From Eledone cirrhosa (Eukaryota), in contig OZ024744.1 in the NCBI GenBank assembly GCA_964016885.1, positions 5,146,001-5,210,000 of the forward strand: DNA of 64,000 nucleotides, given 5' to 3'. The notes below the pieces were generated by a model. The model was not told the DNA's origin, made no database searches, and was given only the letters and a program-made list of their open reading frames with translations. Shown piece by piece: positions 1 to 13,199 of this stretch (positions are counted from its first letter, which is position 1; each line of letters starts with the position of its first letter). The translations under genes and the position numbers were made by a program.

Positions 1-3000
1 AGTCGCAGAGGTCTATCTTGGTAGACAGTGAGGTTGGTAGCAGAGGTCTATCTTGGTAGACAGTGGTGTTGGTAGCAGAGGTCTATCTTGGTAGACAGTG
101 ATGTTGGTAGAAGAGGTCTATGTTGGTAGAAAGTGAGGTTGGTAGCAGAGGTCTATCTTGGTAGACAGTGGTGTTGGTAGCAGAGGTTTATATTGGTAGA
201 CAGTGGTGTTGGTAGCAGAGGTTTATCTTGGTAGACATTGAGGTTGGTAGCAGAGGTCTATCTTGGTAGACAGTGGTGTTGGTAGCAGAGGTCTATGTTG
301 GTAGACAGTGGTGTTGGTAGCAGAAGTCTATCTTGGTAGACAGTGGTGTTGGTAGCAGAGGTCTATATTGGTAGACAGTGGTGTTGGTAGCAGAGGTCTA
401 TCTTGGTAGACAGTGAGGTTGGTAGCAGAGGTCTATCTTCGTAGACAGTGAGGTTGGTAGCAGAGGTCTATCTTGGTAGACAGTGGTGTTGGTAGCAGAG
501 GTCTATGTTGGTAGACAGTGAGGTTGGTAGCAGAGGTCTATCTTGGTAGACAGTGAAGTTGGTAGCAGAGGTCTATCTTGGTAGACAGTGAGGGTGGTAG
601 CAGAGGTCTATCTTGGTAGACAGTGGTGTTCGTAGCAGAGGTCTATCTTGGTAGACAGTGGTGTTGGTAGCAGAGGTCTATCTTGGTAGACAGTGAGGTT
701 GGTAGCAGAGGTCTATCTTGGTAGACAGTGGTGTTGGTAGCAGAGGTCTATCTTGGTAGACAGTGGGGTGGGTAGCAGAGGTCTATCTTGGTAGACAGTG
801 GTGTTGGTAGCAGAGGTCTATCTTGGTAGACAGTGGTGTTGGTAGCAGAGGTCTATGTTGGTAGACAGTGGTGTTGGTAGCAGAGGTTAATCTTGGTAGA
901 CAGTGGTGTTGGTAGCAGAGGTCTATCTTGGTAGACAGTGGTGTTGGTAGCAGAGATCTATCTTGGTAGACAGTAGTGTTGGTAGCAGAGGTCTATGTTG
1001 GTAGACAGTGGTGTTTGTAGCAGAGGTCTATGTTGGTAGACAGTGGTGTTGGAAGCAGAGGTCTATCTTAGTAGACAGTGGTGTTGGTACATAGGTCTAT
1101 GTTGGTAGACAGTGGTGTTGGTAGCAGAGGTCTATATTGGTAGACAGTGAGGTTGGTAGCAGAGGTCTATCTTGGTAGACAGTGAGGTTGGTAGCAGAGC
1201 TCTATCTTGGTAGAAAGTGGTGTTGGTAGCAGAGGTATATCTTGGTAGGCAGTGGTGTTGGTAGCAGAGCTCTATCTTGGTAGACAGTGGTGTTGGTAGC
1301 AGAGGTCTTTCTTGGTAGACAGTGGTGTTGCTAGCAGTGGTCTATGTTGATAGAAAGTGAGGTTGGTAGCTGAGGTCTATGTTGGTAGACAGTGGTGTTG
1401 GTAGCAGAAGTCTATCTTGGTAGACAGTGAGGTTGGTAGCAGAGGTCTATCTTGGTAGACAGTGGTGTTGGTAGCAGAGGTCTATCTTGGTAGACAGTGG
1501 TGTTGGTAGCAGAGGTCTATCTTGGTAGACAGTGGTGTTGGTAGCAGAGGTCTATCTTGGTAGACAGTGGTGTTGGTAGCAGAGGTCTATCTTGGTAGAC
1601 AGTGGTGTTGCTAGCAGAGGTCTATCTTGGTAGACAGTGGTGTTGGTAGCAAAGGTCTATGTTGATAGACAGTGAGGTTGGTAGCAGAGGTCTATCTTGG
1701 TAGACAGTGAGGGTGCTTGCAGAGGTCTATGTTGGTAGACAGTGGTGTTGGTAGCAGAGGTCTATCTTGGTAGACAGTGAGGTTGGTATCAGAGGTCTAT
1801 CTTGGTAGACAGTGAGGTTGGTAGCAGAGGTCTATGTTGGTAGACAGTGGTGTTGGTAGCATAGGTCTATCTTGGTAGACAGTGGTGTTGGTAGCAGAGG
1901 TCTATGCTGGTAGACAGTGGTGTTGGTAGTAGAGGTCTATCTTGCTAGACAGTGGTGTTGGTAGCAGATGTCTATCTTGGTAGACAGTGGTGTTGGTAGC
2001 AGAGGTCTATCTTGGTAGACAGTGGTGTTGGTAGCAGATATCTATCTTGGTAGACAGTGGTGTTGGTAGCAGAGGTCTATGTTGGTAGACAGTGGTGTTG
2101 GTAGCAGAGATCTATCTTGGTAGTCAGTGGTGTTGGTAGCAGAGGTCTATCTTGGTAGACAGTGGTGTTGGTAGCAGAGGTCTATCTTGGTAGACAGTGG
2201 TGTTGGTAGCAGAGGTCTATGTTGGTAGAAAGTGAGGTTGGTAGCAGAGGTCTATGTTGGTAGACAGTGGTGTTGGTAGCAGAGGTCTATCTTGGTAGAC
2301 AGTGGTGTTGGTAGAAGAGGTCTATGTTGGTAGACAGTGAGGTTGGTAGCAGAGGTCTATCTTGGCAGACAGTGAGGTTGGTAGCAGAGGTCTATGTTGG
2401 TAGACAGTGGTGTTGGTAGCAGAGGTCTATGTTGGTAGACAGTGGTGTTGCTAGCAGAGGTCTATCTTGGTAGACAGTGGTGTTGGTAGCAGAGGTCTAT
2501 CTTGGTAGACAGTGGTTTTGGTAGCAGAGGTCTATATTGGTAGACAGTGGTGTTGGTAGTAGAGGTCTATCTTGGTAGACAGTGGTGTTGGTAGCAGATG
2601 TCTATCTTGGTAGACAGTGGTGTTGGTAGCAGAGGTCTATCTTGGTAGACAGTGGTGTTGGTAGCAGAGGTCTATCTTGGTAGACAGTGGTGTTGGTAGC
2701 AGAGGTCTATCTTGGTAGACAGTGTTGTTGGTAGCAGAGGTCTATCTTGGTAGACAGTGGTGTTGGTAGCAGACATCTATCTTGGTAGACAGTGGTGTTG
2801 GTAGCAGATGTCTATCTTGGTAGACAGTGGTGTTGGTAGCAGAGGTCTATCTTGGTAGGCAGTGGTGTTGGTAGCAGAGGTCTATCTTGGTAGACAGTGG
2901 TGTTGGTAGCAGAGGTCTATGTTGGTAGACAGTGGTGTTGGTAACAGAGGTCTATCTTGGTAGACAGTGGTGTTGGAAGCAGAGGTCTATCTTGGTAGAC

Positions 3001-6000
3001 AGTGGTGTTGGTAGCAGAGCTCTATCTTGGTAGACAGTGTTATTGGTAGCAGAGGTCTATCTTGGTAGACAGTGGTGTTGGTAACAGAGGTCTATCTTGG
3101 TAGACAGTGGTGTTGGTAGCAGAAGTATATCTTGGTAGACAGTGATGTTAGTAGAATAGGTCTATGTTGGTAGAAAGTGAGGTTGGTAGCAGAGGTCTAT
3201 CTTGGTAGACAGTGGTGTTGGTAGCAGAGGTTTATATTGGTAGACAGTGGTGTTGGTAGCAGAGGTCTATCTTGGTAGACATTGAGGTTGGTAGCAGAGG
3301 TCTATCTTGGTAGACAGTGGTGTTGGTAGCAGAGGTCTATGTTGGTAGACAGTGGTGTTGGTAGCAGAGGTCTATCTTGGTAGACAGTGGTGTTGGTAGC
3401 AGAGGTCTATATTGGTAGACAGTGGTGTTGGTAGCAGAGGTCTATCTTGGTAGACAGTGAGGTTGGTAGCAGAGGTCTATCTTGGTAGACAGTGAGGTTG
3501 GTAGCAGAGGTCTATCTTGGTAGATAGTGGTGTTGGTAGCAGAGGTCTATGTTGGTAGACAGTGAGGTTGGTAGCAGAGGTCTATCTTGGTAGACAGTGA
3601 GGGTGGTAGTAGAGGTCTATCTTGGTAGACAGTGGTGTTGGTAGCAGAGGTCTATGTTGGTAGACAGTGGTGTTTTTAGCAGAGGTTAATCTTGGTAGAC
3701 AGTGGTGTTGGTAGCAGAGGTCTATCTTGGTAGACAGTGGTGTTGGTAGCAGAGGTCTATCTTGGTAGACAGTGGTGTTGGTAGCAGAGGTCTATCTTGG
3801 TAGACAGTGGTGTTGGTAGCAGAGGTCTATCTTGGTAGACAGTGGTGTTGGTAGCAGAGGTCTATGTTGGTAGACAGTGAGGTTGGTAGCAGAGGTCTAT
3901 GTTGGTAGACAGTGGTGTTGGTAGCAGAGGTCTATCTTGGTAGACAGTGGTGTTGGTAGAAGAGGTCTATGTTGGTAGACAGTGAGGTTGGTAGCAGAGG
4001 TCTATCTTGGTAGACAGTGAGGTTGGTAGCAGAGGTCTATCTTGGTAGACAGTGGTGGTGGTAGCAGAGGTCTATCTTGGTAGACAGTGGTGTTGGTAGC
4101 CGAGGTCTATCTTGGTAGACAATCAGGGTGGTAGCAGAGGTCTATGTTGGTAGACAGTGGTGTTGGTAGCAGAGGTCTATGTTGGTAGACAGTGGTGTTG
4201 GTAGCAGAGGTCTATCTTGGTAGACAGTGGTGTTGGTAGCAGAGGTCTATCTTGGTAGACAGTGGTGTTGGTAGCCGAGGTCTATCTTGGTAGACAATCA
4301 GGGTGGTAGCAGAGGTCTATGTTGGTAGACAGTGGTGTTGGTAGCAGAGGTCTATGTTGGTAGACAGTGGTGTTGGTAGCAGAGGTCTATCTTGGTAGAC
4401 AGTGGTGTTGGTAGCAGAGGTCTATCTTGGTAGACAGTGCTTTTGGTAGCAGAGGTCTATATTGGTAGACAGTGGTGTTGGTAGCAGAGCTCTACCTTGG
4501 TAGACAGTGGTGTTGGTAGCAGAGGTCTATCTTGGTAGACAGTGGTGGTGGTAGCAAGGTCTATCTTGGTAGACAGTGGTGTTGGTAGCAGAGGTCTATG
4601 TTGGTAGACAGTGGTGTTGGTAGCAGAGGTCTATCTTGGTAGACAGTGGTGTTGGTAGCAGAGGTTTATCTTGGTAGACAGTGGTGTTGGTAACAGAGGT
4701 CTATCTTGGTAGACAGTGGTGTTGGTAGCAGAGGTCTATCTTGGTAGACAGTGGTGTTGGTAGCAGATGTCTATCTTGGTAGACAGTGGTGTTGGTAGCA
4801 GAGGTCTATCTTGGTTGACAGTGGTGTTGGTAGCAGAGGTCTATCTTGGTAGACAGTGGTGTTGGTAGCAGAGGTCTATCTTGGTAGACAGTGGTGTTGG
4901 TAACAGAGCTCTATCTTGGTAGACAGTGGTGTTGGTAGCAGAGGTCTATCTTGGTAGACAGTGGTGTTGGTAGCAGATGTCTATCTTGGTAGACAGTGGT
5001 GTTGGTAGCAGAGGTCTATCTTGGTTGACAGTGGTGTTGGTAGCAGAGGTCTATCTTGGTAGACAGTGGTGTTGGTAGCAGATGTCTATCTTGGTAGACA
5101 GTGGTGTTGGTAGCAGAGGTCTATGTTGGTAGACAGTGGTGTTGGTAGCAGAATCTATCTTGGTAGACAGTGGTGTTGGTAGCAGAATCTATCTTGGTAG
5201 ACAGTGGTGTTGGTCGCAGAGGTCTATCTTGGTAGACAGTGAGGTTGGTAGCAGAGGTCTATCTTGGTAGACAGTGGTGTTGGTAGCAGAGGTCTATCTT
5301 GGTAGACAGTGGTGTTGGTAGCAGAATCTATCTTGGTAGACAGTGGTGTTGGTCGCAGAGGTCTATCTTGGTAGACAGTGAGGTTGGTAGCAGAGGTCTA
5401 TCTTGGTAGACAGTGGTGTTGGTAGCAGAGGTCTATCTTGGTAGACAGTGATGTTGGTAGAAGAGGTCTATGTTGGTAGAAAGTGAGGTTGGTAGCAGAG
5501 ATCTATCTTGGTAGACAGTGGTGTTGGTAGCAGAGGTATATCTTGGTAGACAGTGGTGTTGGTAGCAGAGGTCTATATTGGTAGACAGTGGTGTTGGTAG
5601 CAGAGGTCTATGTTGGTAGAAAGTGAGGTTGGTAGCAGAGGTCTATCTTGGTAGACAGTGGTGTTGGTAGCAGAGGTCTATCTTGGTAGGCAGTGGTGTT
5701 GGTAGCATAGGTTTATATTGGTAGACAGTGGTGTTGGTAGAAGAGGTCTATGTTGGTAGACAGTGGTGTTGGTAGCAGAGGTCTATCTTGGTAGACATTG
5801 AGGTTGGTAGCAGACATCTATCTTGGTAGACAGTGGTGTTGGTAGCAGAGGTTTATCTTGGTAGACATTGAGGTTGGTAGCAGAGGTCTATCTTGGTAGA
5901 CAGTGGTGTTGGTAGCAGAGGTTATCTTGGTAGACATTGAGGTTGGTAGCAGAGGTCTATCTTGGTAGACAGTGGTGTTGGTAGCAGAGGTCTATGTTGG

Positions 6001-6085
6001 TAGACAGTGGTGTTGGTAGCAGAGGTCTATCTTGGTAGACAGTGGTGTTGGTAGCAGAGGTCTATCTTGGTAGACAGTGGTGTTG
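1..6085. repeat. Higher-order block A, copy 1 (left-truncated by the window); near-identical to 16125-22210
   Basis: Rare markers recur at a constant offset of 16,124: AGTCGCAG 1/16125, GGTACATAGG 1086/17210, GTAGCAAGGT 4551/20675, GTTATC 5921/22045. Confidence 0.9.
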
Positions 6086-6149
6086 GTAATAGAGGTCTAT
6101 CTTGGTAGACAGTGGTGTTGGTAGCAGATGTCTATCTTGGTAGACAGTG

Positions 6150-9100
6150 GTGTTGGTAGCAGAGGTCTATGTTGGTAGACAGTGGTGTTGGTAATAGAGG
6201 TCTATCTTGGTAGACAGTGGTGTTGGTAGCAGATGTCTATCTTGGTAGACAGTGGTGTTGGTAGCAGAGGTCTATCTTGGTAGACAGTGGTGTTGGTAGC
6301 AGAGGTCGATCTTGGTAGACAGTGGTGTTGGTAGCAGAGGTCTATCTTGGTAGACAGTGGTGTTGGTAGCAGATGTCTATCTTGGTAGACAGTGGTGTTG
6401 GTAGCAGAGATCTATCTTGGTAGACAGTGGTGTTGGTAGCAGAGGTCGATCTTGGTAGACAGTGGTGTTGGTAGCAGAGGTCGATCTTGGTAGACAGTGG
6501 TGTTGGTAGCAGAGGTCTATCTTGGTAGACAGTGGTGTTGGTAGCAGAGGTCTATGTTGGTAGACAGTGGTGTTGGTAGCAGAGGTATATCTTGGTAGGC
6601 AGTGGTGTTGGTAGCAGAGCTCTATCTTGGTAGACAGTGGTGTTGGTAGCAGAGGTCTATCTTGGTAGACAGTGGTGTTGGTAGCAGAGGTCTTTCTTGG
6701 TAGACAGTGGTGTTGGTAGCAGAGGTCTATGTTGGTAGAAAGTGAGGTTGGTAGCAGAGGTCTATCTTGGTAGAAAGTGGTGTTGGTAGGAAAGGTCTAT
6801 CTTGGTAGACAGTGGTGTTGGTAGCAGAGGTCTATCTTGGTAGACAGTGGTGTTGGTAGCAGAGGTCTATATTGGTAGACAGTGGTGTTGGTAGCAGATG
6901 TCTATCTTGGTAGACAGTGGTGTTGGTAGCAGAGGTCTATCTTGGTAGACAGTGGTGGTGGTAGCAGAGGTCTATCTTGTTAGACAGTGTTGTTGGTAGC
7001 AGAGGTCTATCTTAGTAGACAGTGGTGTTGGTAGCAGAGGTCTATCCTGGTAGACAGTGTTGTTGGTAGCAGAGGTCTATCTTGGTAGACAGTAGTGTTG
7101 GTAGCAGAGGTCTATCTTGGTAGACAGTGGTGTTGGTAGCTGAGGTCTAACTTGGTAGACAGTGGTGTTGGTAGCAGAGGTCTATCTTAGTAGACAGTGG
7201 TGTTGGTAGCAGAGGTCTACCTTGGTAGACAGTGGTGTCGGTAGCAGAGCTCTATCCTGGTAGACAGTGGTGTTGGTAGCAGAGGTCTATCTTGGTAGAC
7301 AGTGAGGTTGGTAGCAGAGGTCTATGTTGGTAGACAGTGGTGTCGGTAGCAGAGCTCTATCTTGGTAGACAGTGGTGTTGGTAGCAGAAGTCTATCTTGG
7401 TAGACAGTGAGGTTGGGAGCAGAGGTCTATGTTGGTAGACAGTGGTGTTGGTAGCAGAGGTCTATCTTGGTAGACAGTGGTGTTGGTAGGAGAGGTTTAT
7501 CTTGGTAGACAGTGGTGTTGGTAGCAGAGGTCTATGTTGGTAGACAGTGGTGTTGGTAGCAGAGGTATATCTTGGTAGGCAGTGGTGTTGGTAGCAGAGC
7601 TCTATCTTGGTAGACAGTGGTGTTGGTAGCAGAGGTCTATCTTGGTAGACAGTGGTGTTGGTAGCAGAGGTCTATGTTAGTAGAAAGTGAGGTTGGTAGC
7701 AGAGGTCTATCTTGGTAGACAGTGAGGGTGGTAGCAGAGGTCTATCTTGGTAAACAGAGGTGTTGGTAGCAGAGGTCTATCTTGGTAGACAGTGAGGTTG
7801 GTATCAGAGGTCTATCTTGGTAGACAGTGAGGTTGGTAGCAGAGGTCTATGTTGGTAGACAGTGGTGTTGGTAGCATAGGTCTATCTTGGTAGACAGTGG
7901 TGTTGGTAGCAGAGGTCTATGTTGGTAGACAGTGGTGTTGGTAGTAGAGGTCTATCTTGGTAGACAGTGGTGTTGGTAGCAGATGTCTATCTTGGTAGAC
8001 AGTGGTGTTGGTAGCAGAGGTCTATCTTGGTAGACAGTGGTGTTGGTAGCAAATATCTATCTTGGTAGACAGTGGTGTTGGTAGCAGAGGTCTATGTTGG
8101 TAGACAGTGGTATTGGTAGCAGAGGTCTATCTTGGTAGACAGTGGTGTTGGTAGCAGAGGTCTATCTTGGTAGACAGTGGTGTTGGTAGCAGAGGTCTAT
8201 CTTGGTAGACAGTGGTGTTGGTAGCAGAGGTCTATCTTGGTAGACAGTGGTGTTGGTAGCAGAGGTCTATGTTGGTAGACAGTGAGGTTGGTAGCAGGGG
8301 TCTATGTTGGTAGACAGGGGTGTTGGTAGCAGAGGTCTATCTTGGTAGACAGTGGTGTTGGTAGAAGAGGTCTATGTTGGTAGACAGTGAGGTTGGTAGC
8401 AGAGGTCTATCTTGGTAGACAGTGAAGTTGGTAGCAGAGGTCTATCTTGGTAGACAGTGAGGGTGGTAGCAGAGGTCTATCTTGGTAGACAGTGGTGTTC
8501 GTAGCAGAGGTCTATCTTGGTAGACAGTGGTGTTGGTAGCAGAGGTCTAACTTGGTAGACAGTGAGGTTGGTAGCAGAGGTCTATCTTGGTAGACAGTGG
8601 TGTTGGTAGCAGAGGTCTATCTTGGTAGACAGTGGGGTGGGTAGCAGAGGTCTATGTTGGTAGACAGTGGTGTTGGTAGCAGAGGTCTATGTTGGTAGAC
8701 AGTGGTGTTGGTAGCAGAGGTCTATGTTGGTAGACAGTGGTGTTGGTAGCAGAGGTTAATCTTGGTAGACAGTGGTGTTGGTAGCAGAGATCTATCTTGG
8801 TAGACAGTAGTGTTGGTAGCAGAGGTCTATGTTGGTAGACAGTGGTGTTTGTAGCAGAGGTCTATGTTGGTAGACAGTGGTGTTGGAAGCAGAGGTCTAT
8901 CTTAGTAGACAGTGGTGTTGGTACTGAGGTCTATGTTGGTAGACAGTGAGGTTGGTAGCAGAGGTCTATATTGGTAGACAGTGAGGTTGGTAGCAGAGGT
9001 ATATCTTGGTAGACAGTGAGGTTGGTAGCAGAGCTCTATCTTGGTAGACAGTGGTATTGGTAGCAGAGGTCTATCTTGGTAGACAGTGGTGTTGGTAGCA

Positions 9101-9700
9101 GAGGTCTATCTTGGTAGACAGTGGTGTTGGTAGCAGAGGTCTATGTTGGTAGACAGTGGTGTTGGTAGCAGAGGTATATCTTGGTAGGCAGTGGTGTTGG
9201 TAGCAGAGCTCTATCTTGGTAGACAGTGGTGTTGGTAGCAGAGGTCTTTCTTGGTAGACAGTGGTGTTGCTAGCAGAGGTCTATGTTGGTAGAAAGTGAG
9301 GTTGGTAGCTGAGATCTATGTTGGTAGACAGTGGTTTTGGTAGCAGAAGTCTATCTTGGTAGACAGTGAGGTTGGTAGCAGAGGTCTATGTTGGTAGACA
9401 GTGGTGTTTGTAGCAGAGGACTATGTTGGTAGACAGTGGTGTTGGTAGCAGAGGTCTATCTTGGTAGACATTGAGGTTGGTAGCAGAGGTCTATCTTGGT
9501 AGACAGTGGTGTTGGTAGCAGAGATCTATGTTGGTAGACAGTGGTGTTGGTAGCAGAGGTCTATCTTAGTAGACAGTGGTGTTGGTAGCAGAGGTCTATC
9601 TTGGTAGACAGTGAAGTTGGTAGCAGAGGTCTATCTTGGTAGACAGTGAGGTTGGTAGCAGAGGTCTATCTTGGTAGACAGTGGTGTTGGTAGCAGAGGT
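6150..9700. repeat. Dispersed copy of most of the ~4.0 kb unit
   Basis: The ordered markers GTAATAG (~6191), GGTCGATC x3, GGAAAGG (6789), TAAACAGAGG (7751), GTACTGAGG (8921) and GGACTATG (9418) match the order in ~32450-35950. Confidence 0.85.
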
Positions 9701-12700
9701 CTATCTTGGTAGACAGTGGTGTTGGTAGCAGAAGTCGATCTTGGTAGACAGTGGTGTTGGTAGCAGAGGTCTATCTTGGTAGACAGTGGTGTTGGTAGCA
9801 GATGTCTATCTTGGTAGACAGTGGTGTTGGTAGCAGAGATCTATCTTGGTAGACAGTGGTGTTGGTAGCAGAGGTCGATCTTGGTAGACAGTGGTGTTGG
9901 TAGCAGAGGTCGATCTTGGTAGACAGTGGTGTTGGTAGCAGAGGTCTATCTTGGTAGACAGTGGTGTTGGTAGCAGAGGTCTATGTTGGTAGACAGTGGT
10001 GTTGGTAGCAGAGGTATATCTTGGTAGGCAGTGGTGTTGGTAGCAGAGCTCTATCTTGGTAGACAGTGGTGTTGGTAGCAGAGGTCTATCTTGGTAGACA
10101 GTGGTGTTGGTAGCAGAGGTCTTTCTTGGTAGACAGTGGTGTTGGTAGCAGAGGTCTATGTTGGTAGAAAGTGAGGTTGGTAGCAGAGGTCTATCTTGGT
10201 AGAAAGTGGTGTTGGTAGGAGAGGTCTATCTTGGTAGACAGTGGTGTTGGTAGCAGAGGTCTATCTTGGTAGACAGTGGTGTTGGCAGCAGAGGTCTATA
10301 TTGGTAGACAGTGGTGTTGGTAGCAGATGTCTATCTTGGTAGACAGTGGTGTTGGTAGCAGAGGTCTATCTTGGTAGACAGTGGTAATGGTAGCAGAGGT
10401 CTATCTTGTTAGACAGTGTTGTTGGTAGCAGAGGTCTATCTTAGTAGACAGTGGTGTTGGTAGCAGAGGTCTATCCTGGTAGACAGTGGTGTTGGTAGCA
10501 GAGGTCTATCTTGGTAGACAGTAGTGTTGGTAGCAGAGGTCTATCTTGGTAGACAGTGGTGTTGGTAGCTGAGGTCTAACTTGGTAGACAGTGGTGTTGG
10601 TAGCAGAGGTCTACCTTGGTAGACAGTGGTGTCGGTAGCAGAGCTCTATCCTGGTAGACAGTGGTGTTGGTAGCAGAGGTCTATCTTGGTAGACAGTGAG
10701 GTTGGTAGCAGAGGTCTATGTTGGTAGACAGTGGTGTCGGTAGCAGAGCTCTATCTTGGTAGACAGTGGTGTTGGTAGCAGAAGTCTAACTTGGTAGACA
10801 GTGAGGTTGGGAGCAGAGGTCTATGTTGGTAGACAGTGGTGTTGGTAGCAGAGGTCTATGTTGGTAGACAGTGAGGTTGGTAGCAGAGGTCTATCTTGGT
10901 AGACAGTGAAGTTGGTAGCAGAGGTCTATCTTGGTAGACAGTGAGGGTGGTAGCAGAGGTCTATCTTGGTAGACAGTGGTGTTCGTAGCAGAGGTCTATC
11001 TTGGTAGACAGTGGTGTTGGTAGCAGAGGTCTATCTTGGTAGACAGTGGTGTTGGTAGGAGAGGTTTATCTTGGTAGACAGTGGTGTTGGTAGCAGAGGT
11101 CTATGTTGGTAGACAGTGGTGTTGGTAGCAGAGGTATATCTTGGTAGGCAGTGGTGTTGGTAGCAGAGCTCTATCTTGGTAGACAGTGGTGTTGGTAGCA
11201 GAGGTCTATCTTGGTAGACAGTGGTGTTGGTAGCAGAGGTCTTTCTTGGTAGACAGTGGTGTTGGTAGCAGAGGTCTATGTTAGTAGAAAGTGAGGTTGG
11301 TAGCAAAGGTCTATCTTGGTAGACAGTGAGGGTGGTAGCAGAGGTCTATCTTGGTAGACAGAGGTGTTGGTAGCAGAGGTCTATCTTGGTACACAGTGAG
11401 GTTGGTATCAGAGGTCTATCTTGGTAGACAGTGAGGTCGGTAGCAGAGGTCTATGTTGGTAGACAGTGGTGTTGGTAGCATAGGTCTATCTTGGTAGACA
11501 GTGGTGTTGGTAGCAGAGGTCTATGTTGGTAGACAGTGGTGTTGGTAGTAGAGGTCTATCTTGGTAGACAGTGGTGTTGGTAGCAGATGTCTATCTTGGT
11601 AGACAGTGGTGTTGGTAGCAGAGGTCTATCTTGGTAGACAGTGGTGTTGGTAGCAAATATCTATCTTGGTAGACAGTGGTGTTGGTAGCAGAGGTCTATG
11701 TTGGTAGACAGTGGTGTTGGTAGCAGAGGTCTATCTTGGTAGACAGTGGTGTTGGTAGCAGAGGTCTATCTTGGTAGACAGTGGTGTTGGTAGCAGAGGT
11801 CTATCTTGGTAGACAGTGGTGTTGGTAGCAGAGGTCTATCTTGGTAGACAGTGGTGTTGGTAGCAGAGGTCTATGTTGGTAGACAGTGAGGTTGGTAACA
11901 GAGGCCTATGTTGGTAGACAGTGGTGTTGGTAGCAGAGGTCTATCTTGGTAGACAGTGGTGTTGGTAGAAGAGGTCTATGTTGGTAGACAGTGAGGTTGG
12001 TAGCAGAGGTCTATCTTGGTAGACAGTGAGGTTGGTAGCAGAGGTCTATCTTGGTAGACAGTGGTGGTGGTAGCAGAGGTCTATCTTGGTAGACAGTGGT
12101 GTTGGTAGCCGAGGTCTATCTTGGTAGACAATCAGGGTGGTAGCAGAGGTCTATGTTGGTAGACAGTGGTGTTGGTAGCAGAGGTCTATGTTGGTAGACA
12201 GTGGTGTTGGTAGCAGAGGTGTATCTTGGTAGACAGTGGTGTTGGTAGCAGAGGTCTATCTTGGTAGACAGTGGTGTTGGTAGCCGAGGTCTATCTTGGT
12301 AGACAATCAGGGTGGTAGCAGACGTCTATGTTGGTAGACAGTGGTGTTGGTAGCAGAGGTCTATGTTGGTAGACAGTGGTGTTGGTAGCAGAGGTCTATC
12401 TTGGTAGACAGTGGTGTTGGTAGCAGAGGTCTATCTTGGTAGACAGTGCTTTTGGTAGCAGAGGTCTATATTGGTAGACAGTGGTGTTGGTAGTAGAGGT
12501 ATATCTTGGTAGACAGTGGTGTTGGTAGCAGATGTCTATCTTGGTAGACAGTGGTGTTGGTAGCAGAGGTCTATCTTGGTAGACAGTGGTGGTGGTAGCA
12601 AGGTCTATCTTGGTAGACAGTGGTGTTGGTAGCAGAGGTCTATCTTGGTAGACAGTGGTGTTGGTAACAGAGGTCTATCTTGGTAGACAGTGGTGTTGGT

Positions 12701-13199
12701 AGCAGAGGTCTATCTTGGTAGACAGTGTTGTTGGAAGCAGAGGTCTATCTTGGTAGACAGTGGTGTTGGTAGCAGACATCTATCTTGGTAGACAGTGGTG
12801 TTGGTAACAGATGTCTATCTTGGTAGACAGTGGTGTTGGTAGCAGAGGTCTATCTTGGTAGACAGTGATGTTGGTAGCAGATGTCTATCTTGGTAGACAG
12901 TGGTGTTGGTAGCAGAGGTCTATGTTGGTAGACAGTGGTGTTGGTAGCAGAGGTCTATCTTGGTAGACAGTGATGTTGGTAACAGATGTCTATCTTGGTA
13001 GACAGTGGTGTTGGTAGCAGAGGTCTATCTTGGTAGACAGTGATGTTGGTAGCAGATGTCTATCTTGGTAGTCAGTGGTGTTGGTAGCAGAGGTCTATGT
13101 TGGTAGACAGTGGTGTTGGTAGCAGAGGTCTATCTTGGTAGGCAGTGGTGTTGGTAGAAGAGGTCTATCTTGGTAGACAGTGGTGTTGGTAGCAGAGGT

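Noticed and set aside
81-96. Transcription-factor sites in each monomer (SMAD-like GTCT/AGAC pair, GATA-like AGATAG on the - strand)
   Set aside because: Matches of 4-6 bp are expected by chance in any 35-mer, the host is unknown, and nothing in the sequence supports function.
11031-11306. 91-aa minus-strand ORF from the supplied track as a real CDS
   Set aside because: It is simply the satellite translated. Two in-frame variant monomers (GTATATC ~11134, GTCTTTC ~11239) remove the periodic TAG, and the start is a TTG created by a GCAAAGG variant. There is no unique sequence or gene context.
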